A DNA stretch of 64,000 bases from Paramecium tetraurelia (lineage: Eukaryota): positions 124,001 through 188,000 of the forward strand of contig CT868574.1 in assembly GCA_000165425.1 (NCBI GenBank), given 5' to 3'. Every line of letters begins with the position of its first letter. The stretch's first letter is position 1. Positions 29,198-43,335 of the stretch are shown here, piece after piece. The notes under the pieces are model-generated. The model did no database searches. It was not told where the DNA came from and saw only the letters and a list, made by a program, of their open reading frames with translations. The position numbers and the translations under genes were made by a program.

Positions 29198-29878
29198 ATG
29201 AATGATTTAACTAGAATTCAATCTGAAATAAATCAAAATTCTAATGAAAGTTAGAATAATGATGATAATAGACTAGGAGTAAGAAAAAATAACACTTTTC
29301 CCTATGAATAAAAAATAGGAATAGGTCAACCATAAAGTTGCTATGATGCAAATCAAATTTCTAATTTACCGAATTAGGTTAATTAAACAGATCAATGGAC
29401 TTTGCTCTCATAGGATGAAAATTTAACTATGATTTTCAAATCAATTAATTAATAATCAATAGTATTAATTTACAAACAATTATAAGTATAAGATTTGGAC
29501 ACTCAGATTTTCTTTATGAATTTAGCAATGAGTATCATTGATTCCTTTTCTTTTTTTCTTTTTTTAGGAGATACTAATTAGTCTCTTAGAATGAACAAAT
29601 TAGTTCGAAATGGAACTTAACTTATAGAGCTTCACAAATTGTTTAAAAAATCTGATAAAGATGATTAAAAAAATATCATTTTAGAATATTAGATTAATTA
29701 TTTCAGTTCTGAAATCTAATTAAGGCATTACATTGAAAAAGCGCTTTAGGAGATTAAATTAATAGTTAATTTATTGTAAAAATAATATAATCTAATAAAG
29801 AAGATTGAATATGATAAAAATAATGATGAGTTTGATAAAATAATATCAGATTTTATACAAGAGATGAAAAAAATATGA
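29198..29878 (+). CDS. Hypothetical protein
   Basis: Continuous 226-codon frame in the ciliate code, MNDLTRIQ...IQEMKKI*. Confidence 0.65.
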
Positions 29879-29921
29879 TTTATATAATTTATTCGAATAT
29901 TATCATAAAAAAAGTAGTATT

Positions 29922-30584
29922 TCAGCAAAAGAAATCTTTTGGAAATTGTTTGATGCTCAATCTAGCCACTTTAGCCTTAGTTGGCATAATTTATCTGGCT
30001 GTTCGAGTTTGTTCAAAGTGATGTTTCAATTCGACTGTAGATAGCAATAATAAATCTAAAAGGTTCTAGTTTTCAAATTTTTCATTTCTTTTTTATCTTT
30101 AAACTGTCCCTCTAATAGAATTCAAACGATCATCTCTGTCGCACTCTTCAGTTTTAACTCTTCTAACTGCTGCATTTTTTTGTAATTTTAACATAATTTC
30201 CTAGGATTCCTATAACACATTTTTTTTTGGGCTTGAGACTTAATCTTCTAATGCAGTTTCTGTTTTTTATTTTCTCGAGATAAGCTAAGAATCATTAACC
30301 ATTTCTTGTAGTTTTCTTTTTTGCCTAATTTATTAAGAATGAAAGGAATTGTATTTTAGCTGAGGTTTTTCTCTGCTTGGGCTTGAAGATGATGCTTATC
30401 GTTATTGATTTATTTTAGGATTGCTTTTAATTCTGTATGATGGAGATTCTTTTTATTTTGGAATGTTTTTTTCTGGAGTTCTCACCTTCTATAAATATTA
30501 AGCCACTGATGGCAAAACATTAGCTCTTTGGGATTGTCTCTAAAATCTTGATGTGTGTAAATAGAATGGCTATTTATTGAACAT
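29922..30584 (-). CDS. Hypothetical protein
   Basis: MFNKQPFYLHTSRFQRQS... open to ...FPKDFFC*. Confidence 0.65.
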
Positions 30585-30658
30585 GTTAATTAGAAATTTA
30601 ATATATAAAAAATACAACACTCTGCTGGAAACAATTCAATAAAATCATTATCAATCAT

Positions 30659-31172
30659 TCATAGATCTAAGTCAATGTTCACACAAATCCCATTTAAGCT
30701 CAATAGATGTTTCTAACAAATATAGATTCTTCATACTGTTTCTTCTTCAAATTGAATACTAACAAGTTGTTCAATATAACTCTAAATTGGCACAATCACC
30801 AAATTTTACAGAATCTAATCACTCTTCTCCATTTAATCTAAAAAATCTTGACCCAAATAAATAGAATCTTATATTAACAATCTACTTACCAGCAAATGAA
30901 TTGTAAATGATATCGATTATCAGGCAGATTTTGTTTGTAACACTCTTAAAACTAAGATTTTAGGGGAAGATCATTCCATTATATATCAACTGCATATCAT
31001 TTAAAAGCTTTAAACGAACATCAGGAAGTCCCTGTTAAATCAAAGCCCTCATCTCTTCTTTTTGTGATAACTTCACTAAATTTGCATCTCTCAACATTTT
31101 ACAATAATCCCCGATGGCATTTATTTTGTCTTAGTTATTTCTAATTTCAAGGGATTAAGCTCTAATTTTCAT
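30659..31172 (-). CDS. Hypothetical protein
   Basis: MKIRAQSLEIRN... with two predicted tiny introns, ending ...CVNIDLDL*. Confidence 0.6.
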
Positions 31173-32164
31173 GATTATATACTAATAAGCATTCCAAATA
31201 TTATTATTTTCTTCAAAAATATATCCACATCTATTTTTCCTCGCGATATTAAAATATCGACACTCTTTGAAATACTCACAGTATCCTCAAAATATTTATC
31301 ATGAACTAACACTTCTCTTATTTAACTTAAAGTTTATTTTCTTTATCTAATTTTTAAGCTTATTTCGTCAAGATTGTTTTATTATTACATTTTTAAGAAT
31401 AATAATAATCCTTAGGAAATTCAATAATTGATGTTCAATTATTAATCTAATCCTTAATTTCAATAAATTAGCGAGAACCAATATAGATATAGATGTAAAA
31501 AACCATACACAAAAATAGATGTTGATAAGTGATATATATATATTTAGAATCGTGCTAAGCTACTGCAATTTAAATGATACATTATTCATCAGAGTATGGA
31601 TTTGTCTTTCAATTTATATGTATCTAGGTAGATTTCATCTCTTTTAATCATTTAATAAAGTTGAAAAGTTTTCATAGAATCAAAATACATTTTAATCAGC
31701 TTATTTCATATAATTAATATTGAGAATGGAGAATTATATAATTGAATTGTACGGGTTCAAACATAGAGAGAAATCTAAATTTTAGATAAAACGCAAAGAA
31801 GCATTTATTTATGTAACTACAATAACCTATTTATAATTCAATTCAACATTTTTGATATTTATATTTTTAGAATAATTTATTAGAAAATAAACTAGTTTAA
31901 TGTTTATAGAAATTCAATATTAATACATCAAGAGGTGAAAAAGAGATTTTGGAATTAAGTTCTTAATTAAATGAATAAAATACAAATATATTAATTTAAT
32001 TGAACACACTCAGGAATAAGGCGATTAGTATTTGATTGATATTAAGTGTTGAGATATGAAATACTATATTGTCACTTAATTAAATTTAAATTTAACAATT
32101 TAAACATATTTATTTTTATTCTTAAAACTAATTTAAATAGAACAAGTAAATCAAAACTTTATTA

Positions 32165-32847
32165 TCAATCCATGCTTCCTTTTCTAGTTTGCAGTATATT
32201 TTTGAACAAGGGGATTACTATATGTGGAGTTTCATGGATTGTTTGATTAATAGCAGCATCTTTTATTTTATCTGCATATATTTTTTCTGCTAAATATCTA
32301 GAGTTATAATATCATATGAATTTACACATGTAAGCAGCTTGTTCTTAGTGACACTTTAGAAGGCTTTTTATTGTGATGTTCAATTAAATTCAAATAAACT
32401 TATTTTTAAACATTTCTTAAGATCTATTATTTCAATTTGATATCTCTTGATTAATTCACAAGATATTTACCTAAGTATTTAATGGACGTTGCAAATAAAA
32501 GGTTCGACTTATGAATTCTCCAAATTTTTTGTTTAATTTCTCATTGGCTTAACTAATTTCTCTGCTTAGTTTTTATTGAATGAAACTATTTCTGATACAT
32601 TTTAATCAAGACTTTATGGCATTTTGAAATTTATTTATCCAGCTTCTAAAATTAATGAGTTTAACAATAATTACTTCTTCGCGCTTTAGCATTTTTTATG
32701 AATTTAGCAGTTCTATTTCTCTATGCCTGAATTTGGCAATCTTTGATATGATAAATAGAGACTACATTTATTAATATCCTAAACGAGATTGAAAAAGTTT
32801 TAGACAAACTCTTAATGTTCAGAATCGCTTTCATAATCTGAGCTCAT
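32165..32847 (-). CDS. Hypothetical protein
   Basis: MSSDYESDSEHQEFVQNFF... to ...TRKGSMD*. Several tiny introns are needed and their placement is uncertain. Confidence 0.5.
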
Positions 32848-33384
32848 ATAATATAAATTAATTAATTAAATAGTTCGTAGTTTAGTGTATTATTATCCAA
32901 CCATAAGATTTTACTCAAAACTATTTTGATTGCGATGACTTACTTGTTTTGTGTCAAATTTGTTATATTTTAGTTTTAAGCACTTAATTATAAGTGTATA
33001 TATTAAATAATATTGGTATTAAATATTCCAAATTAACCGAAGTAATAATTCTAAATATAATAATAATTGAATGAAAACCTTCTTGTAAAAACTACAATAA
33101 AGTAAAATATTCAAGAATTCTCAAATTATTTTCATCTTAATGGAAATTAAGAGTATTCTGTATTGCAATCTATAAGAAATTACTAATGACTATTACTTTT
33201 CAGAAATATTGAAAAATTACTTTATTTCCTGAAGAAAATGAAGAAATTAAATATTTAAAAGAATTGTCATTAAAATGAGATATTTTAATATTGGTTAGAA
33301 ATCAATAAATATAATAAAAAGATATTAAATGGACATAAAATTATAAAATTTCTCTTATTATTTTTCAGAATTAAGTATTTAAAA

Positions 33385-34397
33385 ATGGAATTAATTATTC
33401 TTAAAACTTAGGAATGCGCAAAAGTAATTGAAACCAAATGGATTAGAGCAGCGCCGATCATTTACATTTTGATTGGTACATTTCTTATTTCAATAAACTC
33501 TCTGCTTGGTAAAACAGTTGGAATGAATGCTAATTAAATTGTTTATGTTAGAGGAATGGTCATGTGCTTATTAGGGCAAGTTATAGCGAACACTTCGAAA
33601 GTAGAACTCTATGGATTTTCAAGGGATGTCTACACGAAGCTATTTTAAAGAAGCATAATTGGATGTTTCGCCACACTTCTATTCTATACTGGTCTCAAGT
33701 ATGTGAATATTGCTGAAGCACAAGTACTCTTACAAACTTCTCCTTTTTGGACAACGTTAATCGCCATCTATTATCTCAAAACAGAAACTTTATCATGGAA
33801 ATTATTTACTAATTTAATAGTATGTTTTCTAGGGATAATATTAATAACTTAGCCTCCCTTTTTAAAGACAATTCTTGGTTAAAGTGCAGTTATCACAAAA
33901 GATTCTGAAACTTAACTTTTTGGATGTGTTTTGCTATTATTTTCTGCTTTCTTCTTTTCACTAGTTTAGGTATTAATAAACAATTTATCAAACAAAGTAA
34001 TCATTTTCGTATTTATCACTAGGTAAATCAATTAGTTATACCATAATATTTCGGAATTACTTCCTTGATTATTTCAGCGATAGCCTGCATAATTGATCCC
34101 AGCCTTATTTGGAGAAACCCATCACTAGCTGAGGCTGTTCTACTACTTTCACTTGGCTTAGTTTCTTATCTGCAATAAATCTTTCTGAATCGTGCATATA
34201 TGAAGGGAGATTTGACTGAGATGTCCATGTTGGGTTAAACATAGATCTTATATGGATATATATTTGATATCCTTAGAGGGGCTCATATATCGTATTTAAG
34301 TGTTCTAGGATCTCTTTTGATAGTAGGAGCATTATTTAAAGTTATAATGGATAAGAAAAAATAAAAAGAGAGGTTGTAAAAGGAGTTGCCAAAATGA
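33385..34397 (+). CDS. EamA/DMT-family transporter (SLC35G-like)
   Basis: About 10 hydrophobic helices. QIVYVRG, LFQRSIIG, YVNIAEAQVLLQTSPFWTTLIAIYYLKTE. One 26-nt intron; 328 aa. Confidence 0.88.
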
Positions 34398-34472
34398 CAG
34401 AAATAAATTTTGATTTTTATATGTGTACGTAAATTGAATTTATAAATGTATATAGACAACATGAATAGAATA

Positions 34473-37277
34473 TCATTAGTTCACAATATATGTTCTTATT
34501 TCCAAAGGCAAGAGTATCAATGAAGGTTCTGTTTATTATTTTGGAATTCCATTTAAGTATGTGTCTTGCAAGGTAATGTTCTCAATGGATAAAATATCCT
34601 CTATTAAAGTTGTATTTAAGGTAATCGTATAATTTTGTACAGTGGAATTATCAAAAATTTCTAAGAGATTTTCAGCATATAATAAAATTTGATCAAAATT
34701 GGTTCTATGGAATTGTAATCTTAGTTATCGTGAATGGATTATTTGCTTATATTAAAAGGAAGAGAATTCATTGCTTAAGCGAATAAATTCATTAGTAAAT
34801 AGAAATTCATTCCACTTACATCTAAGACATTCAGAATTAAATTAAATGAAATGTCTAAAGAAGTGATTGTTTCGTTTTGCACAGGCTTCTCCTAATCCGT
34901 CATCTCCTGCTAGGTGTTCAATAATAATTTCTATAGTTTAAGAATTCAAGTTAAAGACTCCTTATGATCTGTCAGTGATGATGGAAGCTACTAAATTATC
35001 TGATTATAATAAAGCATAGGCTGTCATTGGATAGACATTACAATTGATTTAATCGTTTTCTTAGCATATTGGTTCATAATCTTCTCTTTTGAAACGCTCT
35101 CTCTATATGGGATACAAGCCATTGGAATCTGTGTAAAAAAGAGAATCCTGAGTAATATTCTAAAATGTTATCATCATTGTGTAGTCTCCCATTGTGAGAG
35201 TGTTAGCATACATTGAAGTTCGTAGTTCAATTCCATCTTGAGTGAAGAGGAGACTGAGAGCATAGATTTTACCACATTAAAGAATTACCTCTTAGAAAAA
35301 GGAATTCTATTTTAAAGTGTACATCTTCTCAAATTCACATATGAGTCCTCCATTGTTAAAATCACTCATTAGGACTGATTTTCCAGGTGATTTGATAGTG
35401 TATTTTTCAGATTGAGATTTTGAATTAGGATAATAATTGTATTTGACGGAAAAGGAATGATTGAGGTGAGTGAATATGAATTCATAATCAATACCTTATC
35501 TTTGTATTTCTAAAGTGACATTTTGAATAACTTCAGTCCAACTAATAGTTTCTATTGGTTCACCATATGAAAATTGTTTTTCTAATAATTTGATTTGTTC
35601 ACTTAAATCTAAATGCAATTAAAACTCATTAACAGGGGCACACTCAACTTAACAATCAAAATTCAAAACAAATTGTTATTCACTATATCCATAAAGATAG
35701 GTTTAGAATGTCAAAATATTAGTCTCATTAATTACTTTCATTTCTTACTGGGGTATAACAATTAGATCTTGAGATAAAATTTGAACATTCTTTGAGGGAA
35801 CTTCTAATTCTATGATTTTGGTTTGGCTATGTTGGGGATTATAAATCAAAACAATCACTGATTTTGATCTCCTGTTTTTGATGAAATACTCTAAAACGCA
35901 TTTAGAGTTTAGTGAACAATCCAAGATGATTCTTTTAGTTTGTTTATAAGTGTGTTTTAATTGTCCTATCAATTCAAATTTACTATGTGAATAATTATTA
36001 ATTTTTGATCTCAAATCTTCAAATTATCTATCAATTTATTATTACAAATCTTCCAAGACTTAGTATCTAGCTGTTGCTGAGATTCCATCATGATGTTACG
36101 ATAAAGCAATAAGTTCTGTTAGTTTTTGAGGAGATATTGTCATCAATTTATGTTGTATAGTGTAAAGATGGATTGCTTATAGCTGATACGATATTGTTCT
36201 TAAAAATCTTTTGAATTATGGGTGAGTTGTATACATGGCATTAAAATATACGCCATCTTCAAAATGTGGTAGAAAATCAGAATGTTTATGTGAGATTTGT
36301 GTGAAGGATTCTGAGGATTTCAAGTCATTGAAAAATTAACTTGGAGTGGACCATACTATTTTTAATTGACGACATTGAAATAATTCATAGAATTCTATTA
36401 CAAGATTCTAAGATTCTATATTTGTTTCATTAATGAATTAGAATGTATCACCACTATAATGAAATAATATGTTACCTAGACCACCTTGTTTTTAGTAATA
36501 TATTAATTATTCAAATTCTTTGAGTTGATTATACAGTTGAATACATTATGCATTATCACTAAGTTTGGATTAATTGATGTGAATTTGAGAGTGTCTCTTG
36601 AATCTTAAATGAGTCAAAATCTGATAATCGTAGGGTTGAATATGCTGAATGAATTCCAATCTCCCTTTCTTTACCCTTTAGATGATATCGTTTACATCAA
36701 CTCTTTCGATGATTTATTATTTCATATTGAATAGATAATTGAGAGCACTTTGAGTGTATGAGTGTCCGAAAGAGTCGATGTTCCAGGCAGTCTATATAGA
36801 TTGATTGAAGAGGTGATAAACCCATTAATGACCAAGTTGCAATTGCAAAATGATATCTTGATAGTTTGAACTGGCTTGATCATTTTATACCCAGCCTCCA
36901 TTGACAATTTCTAACCTACCTTAGTGAATGAATTCTTTGATGATGTTTTGTTGAGTTTCATTTTAATTTTCGTAAAACTCTTTAAAGTAACAAATCTCAC
37001 CTATTACATATGTGAATTCCGAATATTTTTGCATTGTTTCTAAGATCTATTCATAGAGACAATTGACACAAATAGTCTTAGAATACTTCTCACTGTAGAC
37101 ACCTTTTTGATACTGATGGAAGGTGTAAGATTAAAAGGGTTCTAAATGTGAGTGAATTGTAAAATGCAGTCGAGCATCAATGGGATGTGACATTGTTTCG
37201 CAGAGTTCGGAAACATCGCATTTTTGGACCAACTCACAAATTTTGATTTCGATTAAGAAAATAAATAACAGGAGCAT
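34473..37277 (-). CDS. Glycoside hydrolase family 38 alpha-mannosidase
   Basis: Signal peptide. HSHLE, GRLEIVNGGWVQNDQA, AWNIDSFGHS (nucleophile motif) and SQHHDGISAT. About 934 aa. Confidence 0.88.
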
Positions 37278-37294
37278 ACTTATTTAAAAATATA

Positions 37295-37913
37295 TCATTT
37301 TTCTTTTTATTTTCTTATTGTCACTTTGATTTGTTTCACCATTACATATGTAGATATGCACAGAGTTAGCAAGGTTAGCATAGTAAAGGTGGTCATCTAC
37401 AATCCCAAGGTTTCTCCCAAGCCTTGATTGTTCTCCTGTGAACCCTTTTGGAATCTATTCAAATCCTTCATCTAAGCGTAAACTCGATCCAATTGCTTTA
37501 AATAGCCATCAATCAAATCCAGATCTTCCTTGTTGGCCATCTGCTCTCGATCCACAGTTTCATCGCCTTTCTTATAAGTGATGTCGAACTTAGCGTTTTT
37601 CGATCCGAAGACTCTAAAGCAATATTTCAGGTATTCATTGCTCCACATAGTCAAAGTGTACTTGATGAGGATCTCGTTTTTACGGGACTCAATCTACTAG
37701 GGGTCTTTTTGGCCTTGCTTTCAGGATTGCGAATTAAGTGAGTACCTCCACTGTGAACTCGAATTCTGTCGAGTTAGCAATTATCTATAATGCCATCATC
37801 TATCCCTTCAACAATTGATCCTGGAGACACTGCTGCTCTCCTGATTGCACGATGAATCCGAAATTGTCAGCCATCACTTTTACTATTCCAACCAATAGCA
37901 ATGCAAAATACAT
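37295..37913 (-). CDS. p24/emp24 GOLD-domain cargo receptor-like protein
   Basis: Signal peptide, FIVQSGEQQCLQD...YLKYCF Cys pair, coiled coil, C-terminal TM helix and basic tail. One 28-nt intron; 196 aa. Confidence 0.75.
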
Positions 37914-37970
37914 AATTTATATATCTAACTATTTATTAATATATAACTTAATATAAATTCAAATTCTTGG

Positions 37971-38315
37971 ATGTCCAATTATCAAAACCTGGTTGCAGAA
38001 CTCATTGGAACTTTGGAGGACTTAAGAGAGAAGAAGGAGGAACTCAAGTGTGAAATTTATGAAGAGGAGGAAGAAAGAAGACGCATTGAGAAAGAATTGG
38101 AGATACTCTCAGAAAGACTGGATCGAGTTAATGGTACATATAAATGATCTAATTCTTATAATGTAGAAACAATCATGAGAACAGCCACTGAGAAGAGAGA
38201 ATTAGAAAAGACCATCTAAGAAACTGAACATACCAAAAACAAGATTGTGGAGAGTCTCAAAACTTTGTTACATGTCTTATAAAAAGAATCATAATATCAC
38301 ATCAAAGAACAATGA
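37971..38315 (+). CDS. SSNA1: SSNA1/NA14/DIP13 microtubule-associated coiled-coil protein
   Basis: ELIGTLEDLREKKEELKCEIYEEEEERRRIEKELEILSERLDRVNE...EKTIQETE...KIVESLKTLLHVLQKES. One 33-nt intron; 103 aa. Confidence 0.85.
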
Positions 38316-38906
38316 TCACATATCTTCCAACATAATTAATTTCAATTCTCCATTTTCCATTAAACCAATCACATCTGCACTTTTAAGCATCTCCTCATCC
38401 ACTCCATCTTAAAACAGAGCCAATGACAACTTCAATCCTCTCACATTATTTTTATAGTCACTCATAACCCTATAGAGTAAATACTCGCAATTCCTATTCT
38501 ATTATTGATCTTCCTCCATCATTTTCTTTCTTGGTAAATTATTAACTTGCTGATTTATTATCTTCATTTATTCTGTTGGCAATTACAGTCGTAAATAATG
38601 ATCCATGTTTCTTATATGCATATAAGCACACAATCTATTAACATCTGGTTTGAAGAGATTTAAAAAATCCACAGGGTCGTTTATCCAATGGTACTGTTCT
38701 AAATCATACTGTTCTTTCAATTCCTCATTATATTGGCAAACCATACACTCCTTGTAGTTTAACAGATAGTAGATCTCAAACAAACTTAAAAAATAATGAC
38801 CTTTGATTTTGAGACCACAATGTCTTCGAATCAAAGTATTGATTGAATCATCTTTAATGCAATAACCAATTCCCAGCTATTCACTATATAAAACTTTAAT
38901 TAACAT
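38316..38906 (-). CDS. Small tRNA-splicing-endonuclease-subunit-like protein (Sen54-like)
   Basis: Intronless 196-aa frame. GLKIKGHYFLSLFEIYYLL and LCAYMHIRNMDHYL resemble the Sen54-type LxxEExxYL and VYxHLxxxGY motifs. Confidence 0.5.
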
Positions 38907-38942
38907 TCAATATAATTTGCTGCTTGAGAATAAAATTTATAA

Positions 38943-39702
<760 letters not shown>

Positions 39703-40039
39703 TATATATAATAATGTTAATCTATATTCATGGTTATTTAATATGTTGATCTATATATATAATAGATGCCAATTTCTATTAGTGCCCTCTTGTTATTTTA
39801 TATATTTTAGTTATCCTAAATAATATAATCCATTTGGTGTAGATTCTATTAAGATTTCGGATTTTTCTTACTTTATATTAAATCTAATTATGATTATATG
39901 AAAATTATGTAGCTCCTTTTAGAGATTCACTTTTTAATCGAAGTCTAAATATATTAAAATATAATATTCTTATTGATATTTATAATTTTATTAATATAAT
40001 TTGCAAATTGTGCACAATCTGATAAATATATATATCAAT

Positions 40040-41487
40040 TCACATTTTAGAAGAAGAACGACCAACAACTAAATTTTTAAATAGTATGCAAGGCTAATCG
40101 TCAGAATCAGCCTCATAATTATCTTCATCATTATATTAAAAGTTTTCGCAGGACTTAACTCTCAAATCACTGAATTGTTTTTATGTGTTTAAGTTAATAT
40201 GACTACCTCCATAATGATTAACCTTAGAAGTGTTAAATGATTTAATTGTTCCTGCTGGACTTTAAGCATCATTTAAAACGATGCTGTTCTTTGGAACTTT
40301 CAAAAAGATGATATTATTTCGACTATTATTTAATCTGCCATTGATAAATTTAGTTTATTGCTAAGAAATCTTTTGCATGGAATTTAGAACTTCTTATTGT
40401 TTATCATCCTGTAGATCATCAAATTAATTATCATTCTCTATCATGTCAATTGAAACACTCATTTTATCGTTATTAGTTTCTAATAAAGATTCCCAATCCA
40501 TTTTAGCATCGGTTGTCAACTCATCCTACAATAATTTAGTCAACCCCATATAATCAGGTGTTTGATTAAATTCGTAAGACTTAGCAATTTTTAGCATTTT
40601 CATAAGACACTATGAATTAATCTAAAATGTACTTTAGGAATTTTGTCAGAATATTTATCCAACTCATTATTCTGTTTCAATACCAAAATCTGTTTGTATT
40701 TTTCTTCTTTCGAAGCCACTTGGATATTCTGCCAAGGCAATTCACCAAGATGAAAATAAATTAGCACATAGGCGATGGCCTCAATATCGTCTCTTCTACT
40801 CTACTCATTACCTTTTCAAATAAGAAACAAACCTAATAAAGCATTAATGCTGGCATATCTGGCTGTTCCAATCAAACCTTTGTTATTTACAAATGGGATG
40901 TGTTTGCCTGCTGTGTCTCTGTAATATTTGGCTAGGCCAAAATCAATAGCCATAATCTAAGTAACATCTTGTCTGCTGATAGTAAAGTTTTCTGGCTTAA
41001 TATCCCGATGGATGAGATTCTTCTCATGAAAGGCTTACCTAACTATATCAACCAAGATACGTACAATCTTTCGATGATCTGAATCCCTATCCTCAATGTA
41101 GTATGAAGTGAGAATCGATTGCCGCTTTTCCTTAGTAATTGTTCCAAATTTAAACCTAAGTAGGTTTCCATAAAGAAATTATAATTTTCATCCCTTCCAT
41201 AAAACTTGATTTGTGGAAAACCTTTTTATAGCTTAATAGTAAATCTAACCTTTCAATCCATTAACTTCTGACAGAACCTTAATTTCTCTGATTAGTAGAC
41301 TGACTCCTTTTTGGGAATCATCTCGTTTTTCAAATTTTGCTGCTACTAAATCTCCATTTTTTAAATACTAAGACTTAAACACCATTCCAAATGAACCTGC
41401 ACCTATCTTCTCTAATAATTTATATTTGCCTGCAATAACCATTCCCGCAGCCAATTTTTTCTATTTCAAAACAACTGCTTCATCCAT
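40040..41487 (-). CDS. Casein kinase 1 family kinase
   Basis: [47 protein letters not shown] and LPWQ. Confidence 0.93.
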
Positions 41488-41517
41488 TTAATAAAAATTA
41501 TATTATTATCATATTCA

Positions 41518-43243
41518 TCAATCAAAATCATCAATATCCTGCTTTTGAATTTCTATTTTCTTGGCAGTTTGTCTTTGTTTCTTCTTCTTTCTAGTATCCT
41601 TTGAAACTCTATCGATATAGGACCCTGCTTTAAAGACATCAAAAATCTTCATATGCATAATTTTATTTATGTTATTGGTGTAGGCAAAGAGTCTCAATAA
41701 CACATATTCCTTTTGAACGTCTGTCAGATCTAAAAATAATTAATCTAAACAATAAAACAAATCCTTAGGTTTCATGAATCCATGTTATTGTTTGTTTAAC
41801 AAATCGAATTGACTCCTCAAAGCAGTTTCATACTTATTAACAATTACACTCACTTCTTCCCATAATTGTTTATCCTGTTCTTAAGTTAATAAATCATAGC
41901 AATTAAGAAGATGTCTAAAAACGGATTTCACAACAGGTAATTTAACTGTAGCCTGTGGATCCAAACTAACAATTTCGTCATTTACATCTTCCACAATGTA
42001 TCTAGCTATTATTTTGGCTTCATTAGGATCAGCCATAGTAAATGGTTCTTAGAGTAATTACTCTTGCAATTATTCTACACTGATGGCATTATTTGTAGCA
42101 TTTTAAATTAGGATAGCACAGGCTTCACTTACTGTAATCTATTTGAGTTACAATCGTAAACTCAACTCCTTTCCCATGTCTTGCACTTATTCATATCTAA
42201 CTCTAGGTGCTTTTGGGAATTTCTTCTCTTGTTTATTGTAGACATCATGCAAAATAGTGAATGTGTGATCTCTGTTACCCTATATGATAGGCAAGGATTC
42301 AGTTTCTAAGGGTTGAATTTCCGCCAAATAATACTCGTTCAATTCCTTCAGTTCTTCTCTCATCTGTTACACTTATTGATTCAATCCTTGGAGTTCATCT
42401 ATCAATGCATTTTTACTTCTCAATTCATAATTAGTTCTCTCCTACAACTTTTCTTTCAATTAATTAATTATCTACTCTTACTAACTAATTTGTTAATCCT
42501 TCTCTATGATTTCTGCTTTTTTATCATCAATATCAATAACTTCCTTTTTCTTAACTGTTACTTTTTGATTTTGTTGTGTTTCTTTTTATTTTTCTTCAAA
42601 CTTGATCATTTCCTTTTTTAAGTAACGGAGATCTCTTTCCTTCTCCTTCATTTCATTCTTTGTCTAATCTAAATCCAAATATTATTGTGAAATCTTTTTT
42701 TCAAGCAAACTTTTTTGAATTGAAAGATTCTCACTTTGTTCTTCCAATAATTTCTTGGTTATTTCCAATTCCTGGATCTCCACTTTGAGATCTTCCACCT
42801 CATTTGGCATCAGATTTTATTCCTGTTTTAATAATGAAGAGCAATAATTTAGATATTCTATAAGGATGTTTTGCTCTGAGGCTCGAGTGAAATTAGGATT
42901 CTTCTACAACTATTTGATTTGACTTTGCTTCTCTTCAATTTGTGAATTAAGTTAATTAATTTAGATTTTCAGTTTTATTCCCAGCCAACTTTAATTTCCT
43001 GATTTTTCATCTTAGGTGATTTTTGATTTCTATTTCTCTTGCTAGATTGTGGATATGTTAATGTACTTCAATGTAATTCACCTGCTATTGGAGATTTCTC
43101 TATTCGAATTGCAATTTGGATAATGTTTTAGATAGCTGGAATTGTTTCTATTGCAGATTTTCTTCCGATAATTTTGAATTCAACTTGAACGCCTTAGGTG
43201 ATTGACTATGTTTTGGCACCCCAGCTGTAGATGGTCTTTTCAT
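41518..43243 (-). CDS. Coiled-coil hypothetical protein
   Basis: MKRPSTAGVPKH..., a long E/K/Q heptad region, then a helical C-terminal domain ending ...QDIDDFD*. Confidence 0.7.
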
Positions 43244-43335
43244 TAAATATTTATTAAAATCAATAATATGCTATCATATATTACAATTGTATTATCTGGA
43301 CATTTAGAGTTAATATATAATTAATATAATTTGTA

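Noticed and set aside
31244..31259. Small inverted repeat CGATATT-AA-AATATCG
   Set aside because: 7-bp arms in AT-rich DNA with no supporting context.
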